Source: Eremomyces bilateralis CBS 781.70 (taxonomy: Eukaryota). From it: a stretch of DNA of 64,000 nt. The notes below the pieces were generated by a model. It saw only the letters and a program-made list of their open reading frames with translations. It had not been told where the DNA came from and ran no database searches. Within the stretch, counting starts at the first letter, position 1. Each line of letters starts with the position of its first letter. Location: NCBI GenBank assembly GCA_010015585.1, contig ML975155.1; one strand, given 5' to 3'. Of the stretch, positions 11,776 through 24,845 are shown one piece after another. A program made the position numbers and the translations under genes.

Positions 11776-12230
11776 AGTTCTAGAGCTTTCGGAAAACCCA
11801 GCGGGCCATGTTCCTTTCGGTGCGGAACAGAGTACCCGTCATATTCTTATAATCCGTAGTGAGAGGTAACCTGTATAATATACTCTAGTTCTAGAGCTCT
11901 GCTTGGAATCATCTCCTATGGTATACATTCCCAGGGCTACAGAATTCGGAAAAACCAGCGAGCCAACTCCTTTCGCTGCGGAACGGAGCTCCCATTATAT
12001 TCTCAGTCTTTGATAAGAGGTGAGCTACTCGGCTACCGTTTATAAATGCCCTGATTTCCCTGTATAATATAATACAGTTCTAGAGCTCTGCTTAGAACAA
12101 TCTCCCATGATATACATCCCCAGGGCTACGGAACTTGGAACAACCAGCGGGCCATGCTTCTTTCACAACTTAGAATTATCTCCCGCAATGCACAGCGCCG
12201 GGGTTACAGAATTAGTCACCCCTGTAGCAC
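11776..12230. repeat. Diverged direct-repeat array (three units plus a partial sub-repeat) between converging SWF1 and P450 3' ends
   Basis: agttctagagct at 11776, 11887 and 12076; shared blocks ggaa..accagcg.gcca, cccagggctac.gaa and cctgtataatat. Confidence 0.8.
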
Positions 12231-12277
12231 TGTATTTCCACATGGAACTCACAAGCTTGGGCTACGCCCCCTCCACA

Positions 12278-14066
12278 TCATCTTTTCGTCCATTCCAGGA
12301 CCATATCCTTCGGGCGACTCGTGCACAACGTCGGTCCATTGAACGCCGAATCCTCTATCGCAGCCATCAAGCCCTTCCGCGCTTGTTCGCTTCCCGGCTT
12401 GGCGCCCTTCGAACTTGCTGCCCGTAACCTTGCCTGCGAGAGGACCGTGAACAGGACGGCAACAAACTCGACCTGGGAGAACTTAATCCCCACACATATC
12501 CGTGGTCCCATTGACCAGGGGTTGAACACTCCGGATGGAGGGTGCATAATCTTCTCGGTGCCGTCATTGTTCTTATCACCTTCGACGATCCAGCCGTTGG
12601 GTTTGGTTTCAGTCGGCGTGAGCACGAAACGAGAGGGGCGGAAGGCGTAGGAATCTTGACCCCAGTGTGAAGGCCTTGTATGCGGCTCGTAGACATTGAT
12701 ATTCAGGAGCATACCGGGCGGTAGCGTTGTTGACTGTTCCCCCGAGACCTTCAAGGGTTCCGAGAAGGTGAGGCTACGGTGGGCGGTGGTCGCTCTGGGG
12801 ATCCAAGTAACAGGGCCATAGATTCGTAGAGTCTCATACTGCTGTCGGTTAGTTTAATTGAAGAGCTTTTGAGGGGAATCTTCACACCATCGTAGCCATA
12901 CAACGCTTCAGTCGTGGATATATCTTTTCGTACTCTATGAGGCCATCGGGATATTGATTACCGATTTCATCCACTTCTTCTCCAATCCAGTCCTGCCATT
13001 CTGGATGAACTGCCAGAAGCGCGAAGGTGTATACCAAGACGTTTGCAGTCGTGTCGTGGCCAGCGAAACTAAAGGCGAATAGATTGCCACGGATCTCATC
13101 GATGGAAAGCCTGTACCTAGATGCTTTCTCGCCTTGAGAATTATCGTTTCCCCTGACCATGGCACTCAGTAGATTGGGTCGGTTAAGATCATCGGAGCTT
13201 CTATTCTTCTCGGTCTCGATCAGTTCGTCGAGATAGCTCCGGTACTCCTGGGCCGCGGCACCGACCTTCCGCAGACTTTTGGGGAAGATTGGCAGCTTCA
13301 GCAACGAGAATGCTGAAGATGAGACTAGGATGATTGTAATGTTCTCCAATGTAGTGAAAACACTTTCACCAAGTCCCATGGTGTGGCCCTTTTGAATACC
13401 CTTGGCTCCACGGTCGAAATCATGAGACGCTCCTAGACCAGCACCCATAATGACATGAAGGGCAATGATCTTGCAGTCCTCCACCAGGGTATCTGATATA
13501 CTGTTCACCGTCCCGAATACCTTTCTGAGCATGCCACGCGTTTGCTCTATAGATTCATCCCAGACAAAGCGACTCACGCGCTCACTGAAATGCGGCGCCG
13601 TCAGTTTCCTGTGCCTTACCCAATCATCTTTTTCAACAGTCACTAGGTTCTGGCCATACAAGGAAACAATTTGTATGCTGGGTGGCTTGCAATAGGAATG
13701 ATGTGTCGCTAGCAGCTCCTTGGTCGCCCCGGGATCCGAGACGACAAACTCGGTCATCCCCGGCGTCACGAGCACAAATGCAGGGCCGAATTCTTCATAT
13801 GCTGCATTCTTGTCGTCAAACTGCCACCCAAAGTATGAGAACCGAGTGAACGTGTTCAAAGGCTTCGGGAGGCGACGGAAGAGAGGCAGAAGCGCTTTGT
13901 GGGTCAACTGCCAGAAGGGCTGGTAGAAATCGAAGGGCGATATGACAATGGGTACGCCTAGCTGCTTTGCGGCTTGATAGTTTGAGTAGAGAGAAAGACA
14001 GTTCCATAGGAAGCTCGCTATTACGAGACTAACGAGAGCAATGCCAACCAGGCTGTATTTCTCCAT
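12278..14066 (-). CDS. Cytochrome P450 monooxygenase (one intron, ~12840-12887); family not assigned
   Basis: N-terminal membrane anchor from MEKYSLVG, I-helix FAGHDTT, ExxR (YETLR), FRPSRF, heme motif WSMGPRICVG. Confidence 0.92.
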
Positions 14067-14856
14067 GATGAGAACAAAGAGTCGAGCGAAGCCGGCTATG
14101 AGAATATAGGAATCTGATAAGACACACAGCTTTAAAACCACTGCTATACTATGTCAGACGAAGGTAGGACTCGGAAGGATAACAAACCAACGGTTTCAAG
14201 GAAGAGCCGACTTTATAAGCCATGTACTCTACCGCTCTACCCCCGCTCACGGGATGCACCAAGGTCGATTTAACTTGGCAAGCAGAGGTGGTTTATGTAT
14301 TACCGTAGTTCCATTATTAATGAATAATGTCCATAACTATTAATAGAGTTGCTTAATATTTCCTCCCGGCAGTGCAACCATTGCAATGGTGCTTGGTCGG
14401 GATATCGGGAAGCGCTTGAGAATCAAAGTCCGTTGGCTGGCTAAGCTAACGATTCCTATCCTGTATGGAGTAACTAAGGGATTGGGTTTAGCGCTGATTC
14501 AGCCGGCTCGGCCCGCTGATCCCGATGCGTCGAAGATCGACCTCACCTCATCCAACTTTCAAGAATGTCATTTTAAGAAATCAAATCATTCGGTTTGTAG
14601 AGAATATCGTTCAATGCCATGCTGATGCATTATGGGACTCCAACTTCCGGAGTCTTTGATTGATGTGGATTTATTCCTCGCTAATTTACGACTCATTGCA
14701 ACTCCCGTCTCTTCCACCATCGACATGTGAGACAAGAAAGAACATCGAAATAAGAAGAATCCGTCTCGGTATCAAGTCAACTGCTTATCCGCTTCAAACA
14801 CTATTTCTCCTTCTTACCGTTCGCCACTAATTCATGTGTAAGTTCTGTATCTTCCA

Positions 14857-16076
14857 TCAACAACTCACGGGTGGATTGGCGAGCTGCTTCTCCGCAGCCG
14901 GATTGTTGCTGGGATACCTGGATGTCATAGAATCGAGCATTGTTAATAGCTCCCTGGCACTCCCCTTAAGTTCCAACATTCTTGCCCGATCAGACTGCTC
15001 TTTCGTAACTTCCTGTTCTTTCCAGTCCATCAGATCCCATTTCTCGAGAAACATCTGGATGTACGAGCACCACATGGATCGGATCATCCAGGGAGGATCA
15101 TTTTTCAGCCGAGGGGAAGTAAGACCATTTTTGTTCGCAAAACCAAGAGGTTGGTGTGTGATGGTCTTCAAGCCCCTACTTTGTAGAATGGCATCTGCCG
15201 AACTTGGTGCCTAGCGGCCAATACAGCAATATTGGGATCCATGATCAACTCTTTTCCGCCTGACATGATAATGGTGTAGACGGAATGAAACCCCTTCCGT
15301 TCATAGTGACCACCTTCAAGGTGACGGCAGCGGATGAGGCTCACATCACGATCGGTTTGCATTTGGATCTCGACTGCGCGATCCCCGAAGTCTAGAAATA
15401 TGTTAGGGCATACCACCGGCTCTTGGAATTGCTGTTAATCGCAGCCCAAGGTCACTTACGTTGAAGTAATCTGCACATCAGAGAGTGGAGCCAAGTCAAG
15501 CAGATGTCGCTCGAATTATGTCCTAGCACTTGATGAATCTCGTGTTCATTAGTGAGTTCTCAATGGCGGGATGATCGGAAGCTTCAGTTTGTCCTATTCT
15601 TGCTCGATGAGGTAAAGTATGCCGCGTACCCGAAGAATTTTGGTGATCTTCTTGTCGAACGTGAACTAGCGGAAGAGTCTCTCGAGTTCCTCGGCCATCA
15701 CTGCTGCTCGTTTAACGGTCTTGTATTCCTGGAGAAGTAGGTAGGCCCGCTTATGCACTGGCCAGTGCTTCGCTTGGTAGACTATGTTGCAGTAGTACAC
15801 GGTCAGCATCTCGCCCCGAACCACGTATAAAGTATTCTGGCAAGCAGTACAACAGTGGGACAAGACTGTGAGCTGTGCCCAACATTCTGGGTGGTTGTAT
15901 TTAGGGCCCTTTGGGGGCATATCGTTCCCGTTTGCCGTTGTCACGTTGATATTATCGTCACCGGTACTTGGGTCGACTCGTCCTGCTCGCTCAGCCGTTG
16001 GTTCAGTCAGGGATGGTTCATGTACACTTGGTTAGTCGAATCCAGCAATCCCGTCATCGTCGTCTGGAATGCCCAT
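14857..16076 (-). pseudogene. MYND zinc-finger protein pseudogene
   Basis: CTAC...YYCNIVYQAKHWPVHKRAY matches the MYND pattern YC...CQ..HW..HK..C with two Cys replaced by Tyr. Several in-frame stops (e.g. ~16032, 15666) and frame changes downstream. Confidence 0.7.
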
Positions 16077-18137
16077 AATGAGAGTATTATCCCCTACAAT
16101 GCTGAGTTCCGAAAGTCGCTTACTCAGATCACTTTAGTGCACCGCGCCGTTGTTTGCTGCGATACACTGAGCGTAACTTTTTCAGATGGTTCCTAGGGGA
16201 ATGAAAGGCGCCATGGCAATTATTTCGACAGATTAACCAAAGGTCTGGGCATCCATTTTAATGCATTAGAAATTCATTGTAACACAGAGAACAAAGAAAT
16301 CATCGCCTCCTGTCCATGATAATGTGATTGCATGCCCAAGGGATGGTATTAGGGAGGTCGGGGTGGAAGCTGGTCGTTGGTGGAAGGTTTGCATTAGAAA
16401 TCGGCATTCTGTCTCCTATGTCCTTTTATATCGCTCGGAAGCAGCACCCCTTGCTGCGATACATTTAGGGAACCTAGAAGAAGTTATTGATGGTCCTGAA
16501 GAATACCCCTAAGGTATCGAGAACGCTGAATCCTTGCTTGTTTTCGCTTTTTATTCCATTGTATTTAGGAAGACGATGCAATTCTCCGCTTTCATAGGCT
16601 GGGGTTACACGTCGAAGGGGAGAAGCAATCGATTTCTTCTACCCTGGATAGGAGAAAAAGCGGGCACCCAAGGATCATCCGTTATCAGTCGTATCAGTCG
16701 CCTCTGCCACCACCAGAGCGACGACGACCATTGAATAATCCGGAAGGGTTATGTCCTTATAATTCCATGTTGGACAAAAGGTTCGATGGTATGGTTGCCT
16801 TGTTATTGTTGTGAGAGTGATCCGCTCCGGGCTGAGGATTGAGAACGGGCGTGATAGTCGTAGTTTGGGCGGTCGAAATCCCAACAGTACACAGCCGAAG
16901 GGCGGCGATATCGGTGCTCTCCTGAGGGAATAATGCGAGGATCGCCCATGATATGGACATGAAACACGCATCGAGCTTCTGGTATCCTAGCCATTGCCAT
17001 CTGGTGATCCGAAGTGCATAATGGTAGCCAGTCGATCATGACGGTGGTAGAGCCAATCCTGGGGGAGGCGATGATAAAATCCATGGTTCTTGAACATCCG
17101 CTGTTTGTACAATGTATATTGAGGAAATAGCATTACTTAATTTCGTGGAGAGAGATGGCTGTTCTGGGTATTCTGCCCATGGTGGTGAAAATGGGACAAG
17201 GTGTGTGCCCGAAGATGCAAGGGAGGCGGGTAGACAAAGATATTTGTTGATTGAAAATAGCGCTCTTCAAAGAACACGCTATCAGAACGGGGCTTATCAC
17301 AAGGCCGTATTGAGGAGTACTCTTATCGAAGGGCTCGCTTATCGATGAGGAATGGCTGTTGGCCTGCAGAGAACACTGGAGGCATATGAAATATGGATTG
17401 ATATTGCACATTCCAAAGACCCTTCAACGAGCTCAATGCCTGAGAATTTGTCTTCCTATAGATATACCATCATTGTTTTCCCAGTCTCAGTAGCCTCGAA
17501 TGTGTTCCATCATGGACCGCTAGCACCCTATCCCTCCGATTAGTGCGGGTCGTGGTTTTACCCTATATCCTCGAGGGTTGCGGTCAGATTACTCACCTGC
17601 AAAGAAGTATCACGAGAAAACAAACTTCAAAAGCGTCTGCTACTGTCATCCTTTATTAGTTATCGGCGATTGCTCCGCGATAGCTAATACAGAATTCTAG
17701 TCCAGGATTCGAGAAGGACTCTGCCAGAGATATACTCGAAAGCAGAACTATGGGAGGAAAGAAGATGCTGAGAATTACTCCTCTGTTGGAGAGAGCGTGG
17801 ATCAGTGAGCCCTGAAACTCGCCAGAAAAAAAAGGTTGAACGAGAAGTGCGGCGAACGAAAGCGACGGCGCTGCCTATTCTCAATTTTGCAATGACCTGA
17901 GTTCTTTTCACCGAAGCCATCAAATGGTTCATACAGAAAATGAGTGCAAAAGGACCTATGCCTACTATACTGGTATATCGATAGGAACCATCTACGCTGC
18001 AGATTCGAAAACGCTTATTTTTACTACAGATTCGAAACGAACTATTCAAACAAAGGAATTCAAACGCCCAACGATGCTGAGAAACACGGCTCTATATATA
18101 CATACACGTCTATCTTTAGGAGCACAAATGGCAAAAA

Positions 18138-19739
18138 TCACAACATTGACTTCGGCATCTGCTTCATCGCCTGCCGCACCCCCAGGTCGGCAAGCACTTC
18201 CTCCGCGCCACCGAGGATTGCATCGAACTTGTAAGTGCGATGGAACATCTCGACGTAGCGGCCCATGCCGGTCTGAGTGAGGCCGCGGCCGCCGAAGATG
18301 TTGACGGCGTCGTCGGCGATCTCGTGGGCAGAGCGGGTGGCGAAGCTCTTCAGGAAGCCGATGGGACCGCCCATCTTCTTGGAGATCTCGGCGTAAGTGA
18401 GGGAGTTCATTTCGTGGGTGATGGCCTCGAGGTAGGCTTGGTTGGATTCGCAGTAGGAGATCATGCGGGCGAGTCTGGTGGGGGGGAAGTGAGTATGATG
18501 CGAAGGTAAAGTCAGGAGAGGGGAACTGGGTACTTACTTTTGGCGGATGACGGGTTGGTCGATCAGACGCTTGCCGAAGAGGATGCGCTGGTTGGCCCAC
18601 TTGAAGCACTCCTCCGTGATAGTGCGCATGGAGCGGATGACCGCACAGCACATGTTCCACCGCTCGTGGTTGAAGTTGCTCATGATGACGGCGAAGCCCT
18701 TGTGTTCCTCGCCGAGGAGGTAGTTGACGGGGACCTTGACCTTGTCGAACTGGACGAACGACGTCGCCGCGGTCGGGGAGTAGGAGGTCTTGATCTTGGT
18801 GGTCTCGACGTTGTCGTCGCGGGGGATGAGGATGACGGAGAAGCCCTTCTCGGTTCGGCAGCCAGTGACGAAATAATCGCAGAACATCCCGTTAGTGATC
18901 CATTTCTTGGTTCCGCTGATGATGTAGTGCTTGCCATCCGGGGTCTTGGTCGCAGTCGTCCGAATCCCCGCGACATCGGATCCAGCAAACGCCTCAGTGA
19001 TGGCGAGACAGATCTTCTTCTTTCCCGAAAGGACTTCCTCATTCACCTTGGCTTTGAGCGCCTTGTCTCCCAGCCATGATTGGACGGCCGTCAAAGAGAT
19101 GACCATGCCTGCCATGTTCCCATCCTGGAAACCTCGGGCTTTTGATCTCACCATTTCCTGCGCGACAATCATGTCGTGGAAATAGTCGAACTCCTCGCCC
19201 TTGACGGCTCCGCCCATAAGCTCCTTTCCATGGAGATGTGCTCCGGGTCCGAGGCGCATCGCCAGGAGACCATTTGCCGCCATCTTGTCGATCAATTCCT
19301 GGCTGATATAGGTTCCGTCCTGCTCCTTCTGCTGTGCCTCTGGGTACACATGGAGATTGGTGAACTCCCTCATGACCTTTTGGAGTCTGCGATGCGAGTC
19401 GTTGTAGTAAGGGCTCTTGTAGGGAGGGCGAAGCCACAGCGGCTCTGCGTATGGGACGGTTGAGAGATCGGTGGGGCCCAGCTCGATCACCTCCGGCGTC
19501 TCGCCCTCGACGGTACCGATGCAGAGGTCTCTATACTTGGCGAGAACTTCCTGCCTGTGCAAGTTATAGAAAGCATCGGTGGCATCGGTGCCAGCGATCT
19601 GCTCTAGGACGACATTGCCACCGGGGTGTGCGTCGACGAAGTCCGTCAGATCATAGACTTTGTGGTCGATGATGCACCACAACGAGTCCACATTATTGTG
19701 AGTGCTGACTTCCTTCCGTGAAAAGGTCTTCGATGCCAT
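18138..19739 (-). CDS. Acyl-CoA dehydrogenase with N-terminal cytochrome b5-like domain (intron ~18476-18537)
   Basis: b5 motif WCIID.KVYDLTDF..AHPGG; ACAD motifs CLAITEAFAGSDVAG, GTKKWITNG, FNHERW, IFGGRG, ILGGAEEVL. C-terminus ...KSML. Confidence 0.93.
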
Positions 19740-20045
19740 GTTGCTCAATATCAACGACTTGTTCACGACAAGTATTGGTGCCTTTTAAAGTGGCAAATAT
19801 CGCGATGGAAGGCTCTCGTTGATTGAGGTAAGTCACAACTCCGAGAATGAGTAAGGGGCAAAGAGGACAGAAGAATAAGCAAGCACGATGAATCGGAAGT
19901 CAGAAATGAGCCAAAGAAAAAGATATCTCCCACTACAAGTCAAACGAGGCTCGGCCGATCAGTCCGAATTGGATGGAGAATTAAGCCGGCGATATGAAAT
20001 CGCTTGCCCTTGACTGGCCCAATACGACTGGGGACGGAACACTTA

Positions 20046-20051
20046 CCGAGG
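20046..20051. promoter_or_regulatory. Possible FarA/FarB (Ctf1) fatty-acid response core CCGAGG
   Basis: One CCGAGG ~310 bp upstream of the acyl-CoA dehydrogenase ATG. A single hexamer can occur by chance. Confidence 0.3.
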
Positions 20052-21217
20052 CACTTGGCACTATTTCGCGGGGAGATAGCGGGATCTGATTTGATAGACC
20101 GCGGAGGGTGCCCGAATGTTCTCCGGCCTTAGCTAAAACGCGGAGAGCGTAGTGTCCCTGCATATGGACATTGAGTTATTGACCCCTGGGCCCCGGCAGA
20201 TACATACGTTCACACAAGAGGACAAGTCATCAATGGTTGTGACCGTTCATTTGTTGTGTCATGGTTCACATGCCATTGAGAAGATCGATACATCATGTTA
20301 AAGAAGATGAAAGGGAAGTGAAGGAAAGAAAATCCAAGACGGAGATTTTGCTTCCGTCCCCCCTCCAAACATTTCCAACCAATCAGATGAATTCTGTTGG
20401 ACAATATTTGGCCTCAATGTCAGAGTCACGTGGAACAGGTGTCAATTTCTCGCTTCTGTTTATTATTCCTTTAGGCTGTTATGGTCCCAGGCCTGCGGCC
20501 TGTTCCCTTGGTTGTGGCTGAAGACGTGGCTGGTGGATTATATCAGAGAAGCAAACAAACATGGTAACACAGCAGTAGGGCATTGGAGAGGAGAGTCGCT
20601 ATCTCGCGCACAAAGGTGCCGGGAGATTTCTTCTCTCTCTCTCTCTCTTCAGTTTAGATTAATGGAACTTGGTAATCGCAGACCTTGCGCATCCAGACCG
20701 TGTCATAGGCTAGCACACGTGTAGAAACGAAAAAGAGGAATATATTTGATTATTCTATTGTTATTGGACAGATTTCATATTATCTGTTTGTGAAGATCAA
20801 TTCTGTGTTCACTGGCCTTTTTCAAAGAGTTGGGTGATTTGCCAGAGGGTGAGTTGGATTGTTTTGGGATGGATCCCCCCAGCACCTAATTATAGAAATT
20901 ATCTTACTACTTACTCAGCCAAAGATTGCTGTATAAGTATTACGTGGCTTCAATTGCCATTGGACATTCTCGGGCATGTTCATGTTGTTATGTGATGATG
21001 ACGAATGGCAATGGAGAGTACGAATACGTACGTAGTACAATTAGAAGGAATGTGGTGGTTTTGCTGGGAATGGCTGAATGGGTGATCTACATTGCTGACA
21101 GCATAGAGGCATATCTCTATGCTTGATCTCACCCCATACTCGGAGCCTCCGGATCATCATCTATAATCCCATAATATCGATCAATCGATTGTCCGTACTT
21201 CACATTATCATGGCACA

Positions 21218-21916
21218 ATGGACTCCCACTCCCTCACCAGCTTTCCCGCCCGGCCCCTCCTCGTCCTCGCCGTCCTCCTCCCGTTCCTCTTGATCTACGC
21301 CCCACTACTAGAAGACCTCGCCTCCCCCCGACCCTACGCGAAGAACCCCTTCGTAACCACCCAGTCCCCCTCCGGCGCCAACGAGACCCGCCTCCAGCTC
21401 ACCGCCCTCGTCTCCACCGCGCAGGACACCTCCGCCATCGAGTGCTGGGAGCTCAACACGCCGTTCACGGTCTCCGAGGATGCGGGGATCAGTGGTGCGA
21501 TGGCGCTGCCATTTGAGGCGGTGAGGGAGGGGGGGACGTATACGGTATTGCCAGCGCGGTTCTATGGGGGGCTGCACACGGCGCCACGAGAGCAGTATGT
21601 CTGACATCTGGGCATTAATTAGAAGCCCGTCCGCCGCTGTCTCTCCGATGTGATGCTAATGCGGTGGTGTAGGTTGGTGCACTTCACGGCTGGATTGGCC
21701 CATGTGACGTTGCCGGATGTGCAGCGTAATAGTAAGACGGAGGCGTGGGTGAAGGGGGGGAGGGATGGATTGATCGTGGCGACGGATACGACGGGTCGGG
21801 GGCACGTCACGGAGTATCCGTTGCGGCAGCAGACAGTGGCGATACAGTTGCCGTTGGTTGGGGGGGTAGAGGCGCTTGGTGGGTATAGGAAGGTTGGCGA
21901 CGGGCCTTGTTTGTGA
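21218..21916 (+). CDS. Small secreted or membrane-anchored protein of unknown function, cupin-like; intron 21595-21672
   Basis: Hydrophobic N-terminus; spliced ECWEL..PF...GLHTAPREQLVHFTAGLAHVTLP...LIVATDTTGRGHVTEYP. Confidence 0.75.
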
Positions 21917-21978
21917 CTTCGACGTGTCGTTCGGCCACGGATGAATCGGAGGCTCGGAGCGTCACATTGGAATCGAGT

Positions 21979-23713
21979 TTACAATGCCCCGCCCAGTGCG
22001 CTCACGAGGAGCATGGCTATTCTTACATGTAGTCCGACACGTCGTTCCGTCCGCTCGAACTCCCCTTCCTCCACCACCTTCGCATGATCCTGCAACCACG
22101 TCTCTTCCTCTCCCAGCCGCTTCATGAGTGCCGCATCCCGCGTCACGATTAGCGCATTCGCCTCCAAATCCAATTGATGACTCCGCTTCGTATAATTACT
22201 GCTCCCCACCAACGTCATGCTCGGCCCTCGCGCCTTCTCCCCCGCCATCGTCACCCACAGCCCCTTCGCGTGGTACGTCCACCCGCCTTTCTCCCCGACC
22301 GTCCCCTTCCGCCACTCCTTGAGACGCACTTGCTCGCCCCGGCCGGCCGCCTTCACCGCGCGCACGAACCGCCGCGCAAGGAGGGTGTAGGCCGCCGGGA
22401 GCATCCCGCTCACACCGGCGGATCCGTAGAATCCGTTCGCCCACGGGCTGGCGGCCACGACGGTGGCGTGGGAGGGGTTGGTGCGGAGGAGGAGGTCGCG
22501 GGTCTCGGGGGTCATGTTGAAGTAGCCGGCGGTGAAGGTCCAGGAGTGGCCGGCGAAAGCGGGGGAGGCGAGGCTGCGTAGGAGCAGACGGAGGGCCGGG
22601 AGTTCGGTGGAGGTGTCGGGATTTAGGAGAGGGGTGAGCTGGACGAGGGGATACAGGACGGTTTTCGAACCGCTGCTGAGTGCGCCTTTGGTTTGGGGGG
22701 GTTGGGTGACGATTTGGGAGGAGACGGACGTGAAGGGTTGCAGGGACTTTGAGGCGGCGGCGATGAATTTTGATGGTCCCTCCAGGGGAGATGGAGCGGC
22801 GTTTGTCGGCTCCCAAGACATGGTATAACCACCTGAGGTATCGGGACCCGGGCGGATCCGAAAGCTAATGCAACACACAGCATCATGGAGCGCAGAATAG
22901 TACTTCACGACCTCACGATCCGCGAAGACGTGGTACCTATCCTGGCGGTTCGTGAAGTAGTCATTGGACAAGTTCGCCCCGGACATGATGAGCTCGTCGT
23001 CGACGCCGTAGAGCTTCATGTGCTGCAGCCCCCATCCTTCGTTAATGCGGTTGGGGACCACGCGTTTCCGGACGCCGGTCAGGTTGGGCGTGTGGAACAT
23101 GCGGATCTCCACGCGCTGCTCCCCAAATTCCGCGACCAGCGGCGCGAGTAGTGATGCGGTGGAAGGGTCGGGGGTCTCCCGCGTGCCGCGAAGGGCGTCG
23201 GTGAGGATGGAGACGGTCACATCTGGATTGGCTTTGAGAGATTCTCTCAACGTCTCAATCTGGTGGGGTCAGCGGCTGAGGGGTGAGTTGGTTATGGGGG
23301 ATTTACTAGTTCATGCTCTGTCTTGCCAATGTATAAGGTCGATAAGAATATTCTCCTCTTCGCGTGCTTGATTTTTTCCTGGGACAGGTGTAAGCAGGGG
23401 TCTTGAATCTCCAAATCCATTTTACGAAGGTGTATCCAGGAAAACGTACCTTCAGAGTCTCATAGAACTCCGATGGCGTCCGCAAGATCTGAATTTGTGA
23501 TCCATCAAGCTCAAAGCGAGGAGCAAGCTTGTCGATCTCGTTCGTCAATGTCCCTACCGCTGCGATAGAACTTGACGGTTGCACCGGTAGGGTACTTGAT
23601 GTTGACGAGGAAGAGAGTTTCCGAACACGAATTGGAACATTTTTGAAGGAGAAATGACATGAGCTGATGCGGCGGGCGGCTCGAAGGACGGGGACAGCAC
23701 TGCGCGATATCAT
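21979..23713 (-). CDS. PGS1: Mitochondrial phosphatidylglycerophosphate synthase (PLD superfamily); two introns near the 5' end
   Basis: Arg/Ser-rich presequence; LSTLYIG, DALRGTR, GLQHMKLYGVDD, GANLSNDYFTNRQDRY, WTYHAKGLW, VGSSNYT. Confidence 0.93.
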
Positions 23714-24043
23714 GGTAAATGAGAGAAGAGAGAAGGAAAACTCCGTTTATCGACATTCAACTTTCATTATAGTGCATTAATAACATGCCACTACTTTTGT
23801 AATAGAGCGACTGTATCAGAGAAAAAATCAAATAAAACAGTGCAGGCAATTCTATTTCGAGGACATCGGAACTCCATCTCGAATGTTGATAACTATCAAA
23901 TAGAACTATTAATATGGGGCATGGCCGCATGGGCGGATGGAGAAGCACGGACCACCATCGTGAACTCAAGATCCGGCATCACGACCATCCAACCACCAAT
24001 CTATCAAGTTCAGCTTCACAGTGTCCCGACTTCGCTAGTCAAG

Positions 24044-24845
24044 ATGTCCACAATACCCCGAACGCTGAGGAACCTGTGGAGGGTGGGTCTGAAGGTGAAT
24101 TCCATTCCACCGCAAATTCCGGCGGCAATTGCTAACTCGCATAGGATTTTGGGCACCAAATGCAGGTACGGGAAGCTTCCCCAAGTCGACAGATTGCACT
24201 CTAACGAGTCGTTCGCACACATATAGTACATCGGTATGCCACAATTCCTGTCCGAAGCCATCGGATGGCCATTGACTGGGTTATAGGCGATACCAAGGCG
24301 GGCACGCTGATCGGAACCGACCGATACGGCAATAAATACTTCGAGAACCTGGAGGAGGAAATGCAGCGTGCGAAGCATCCCTTACGCTCAATGGGATAGA
24401 TGCTGACATCCGCAGTACGAACGAGATGGGTGGACTACAAGGAAAAAGAATATGATCCGTAAGCCTAGGACGCGCTATCTAGATCCATTCACAATGCTAA
24501 CAGATATCCCCCACACAGTTCCCAGATCGAGCCCGGCTGGTATGTATAGCCACGCACCGACTATCGATCTCCAACTCTGACGACGCGACAGGCACGCCTG
24601 GATTTCTTACATGGTCGACCAACCACCCACGGCCGACAAGCTCTTGCAACGCCAGGCCCGCGCCTGGGAGCCGGCGGAACATCGCCCGACCTTGACGTGG
24701 ACGCGGTCTGCGTTCCGGACGTATAGCACGTATGTTTGATCGAACGGTCCCTACGTATCGGGACGAGCGTCGGAGCATTGTTGACATGAACTACAGGACG
24801 AAGCCCAAGTACTCGGCGTGGTTGCCGGAGGCAAAGCCACGGTAG
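24044..24845 (+). CDS. NDUFA12: Complex I subunit NDUFA12/B17.2; exons 24044-24094, 24145-24165, 24227-24233, 24287-24367, 24416-24458, 24519-24539, 24592-24729, 24797-24845
   Basis: Manual splicing gives MSTIPRTLRNLWRVGLKDFGHQMQYIGDTKAGTLIGTDRYGNKYFEN..RTRWVDY..SQIEPGWHAWI..YSTTKPKYSAW. All introns are GT-AG. Not visible as a single ORF in the track. Confidence 0.92.

Noticed and set aside
16300..17700. Short ORFs and one intron-like segment (~17528-17596, minus strand)
   Set aside because: No coherent reading frame could be assembled and no family was recognised.
20630..20648. (CT)n run; also GGAT repeats near 44705-44738 and a 13 bp duplication near 40616-40644
   Set aside because: Ordinary short simple repeats with no evidence of function.
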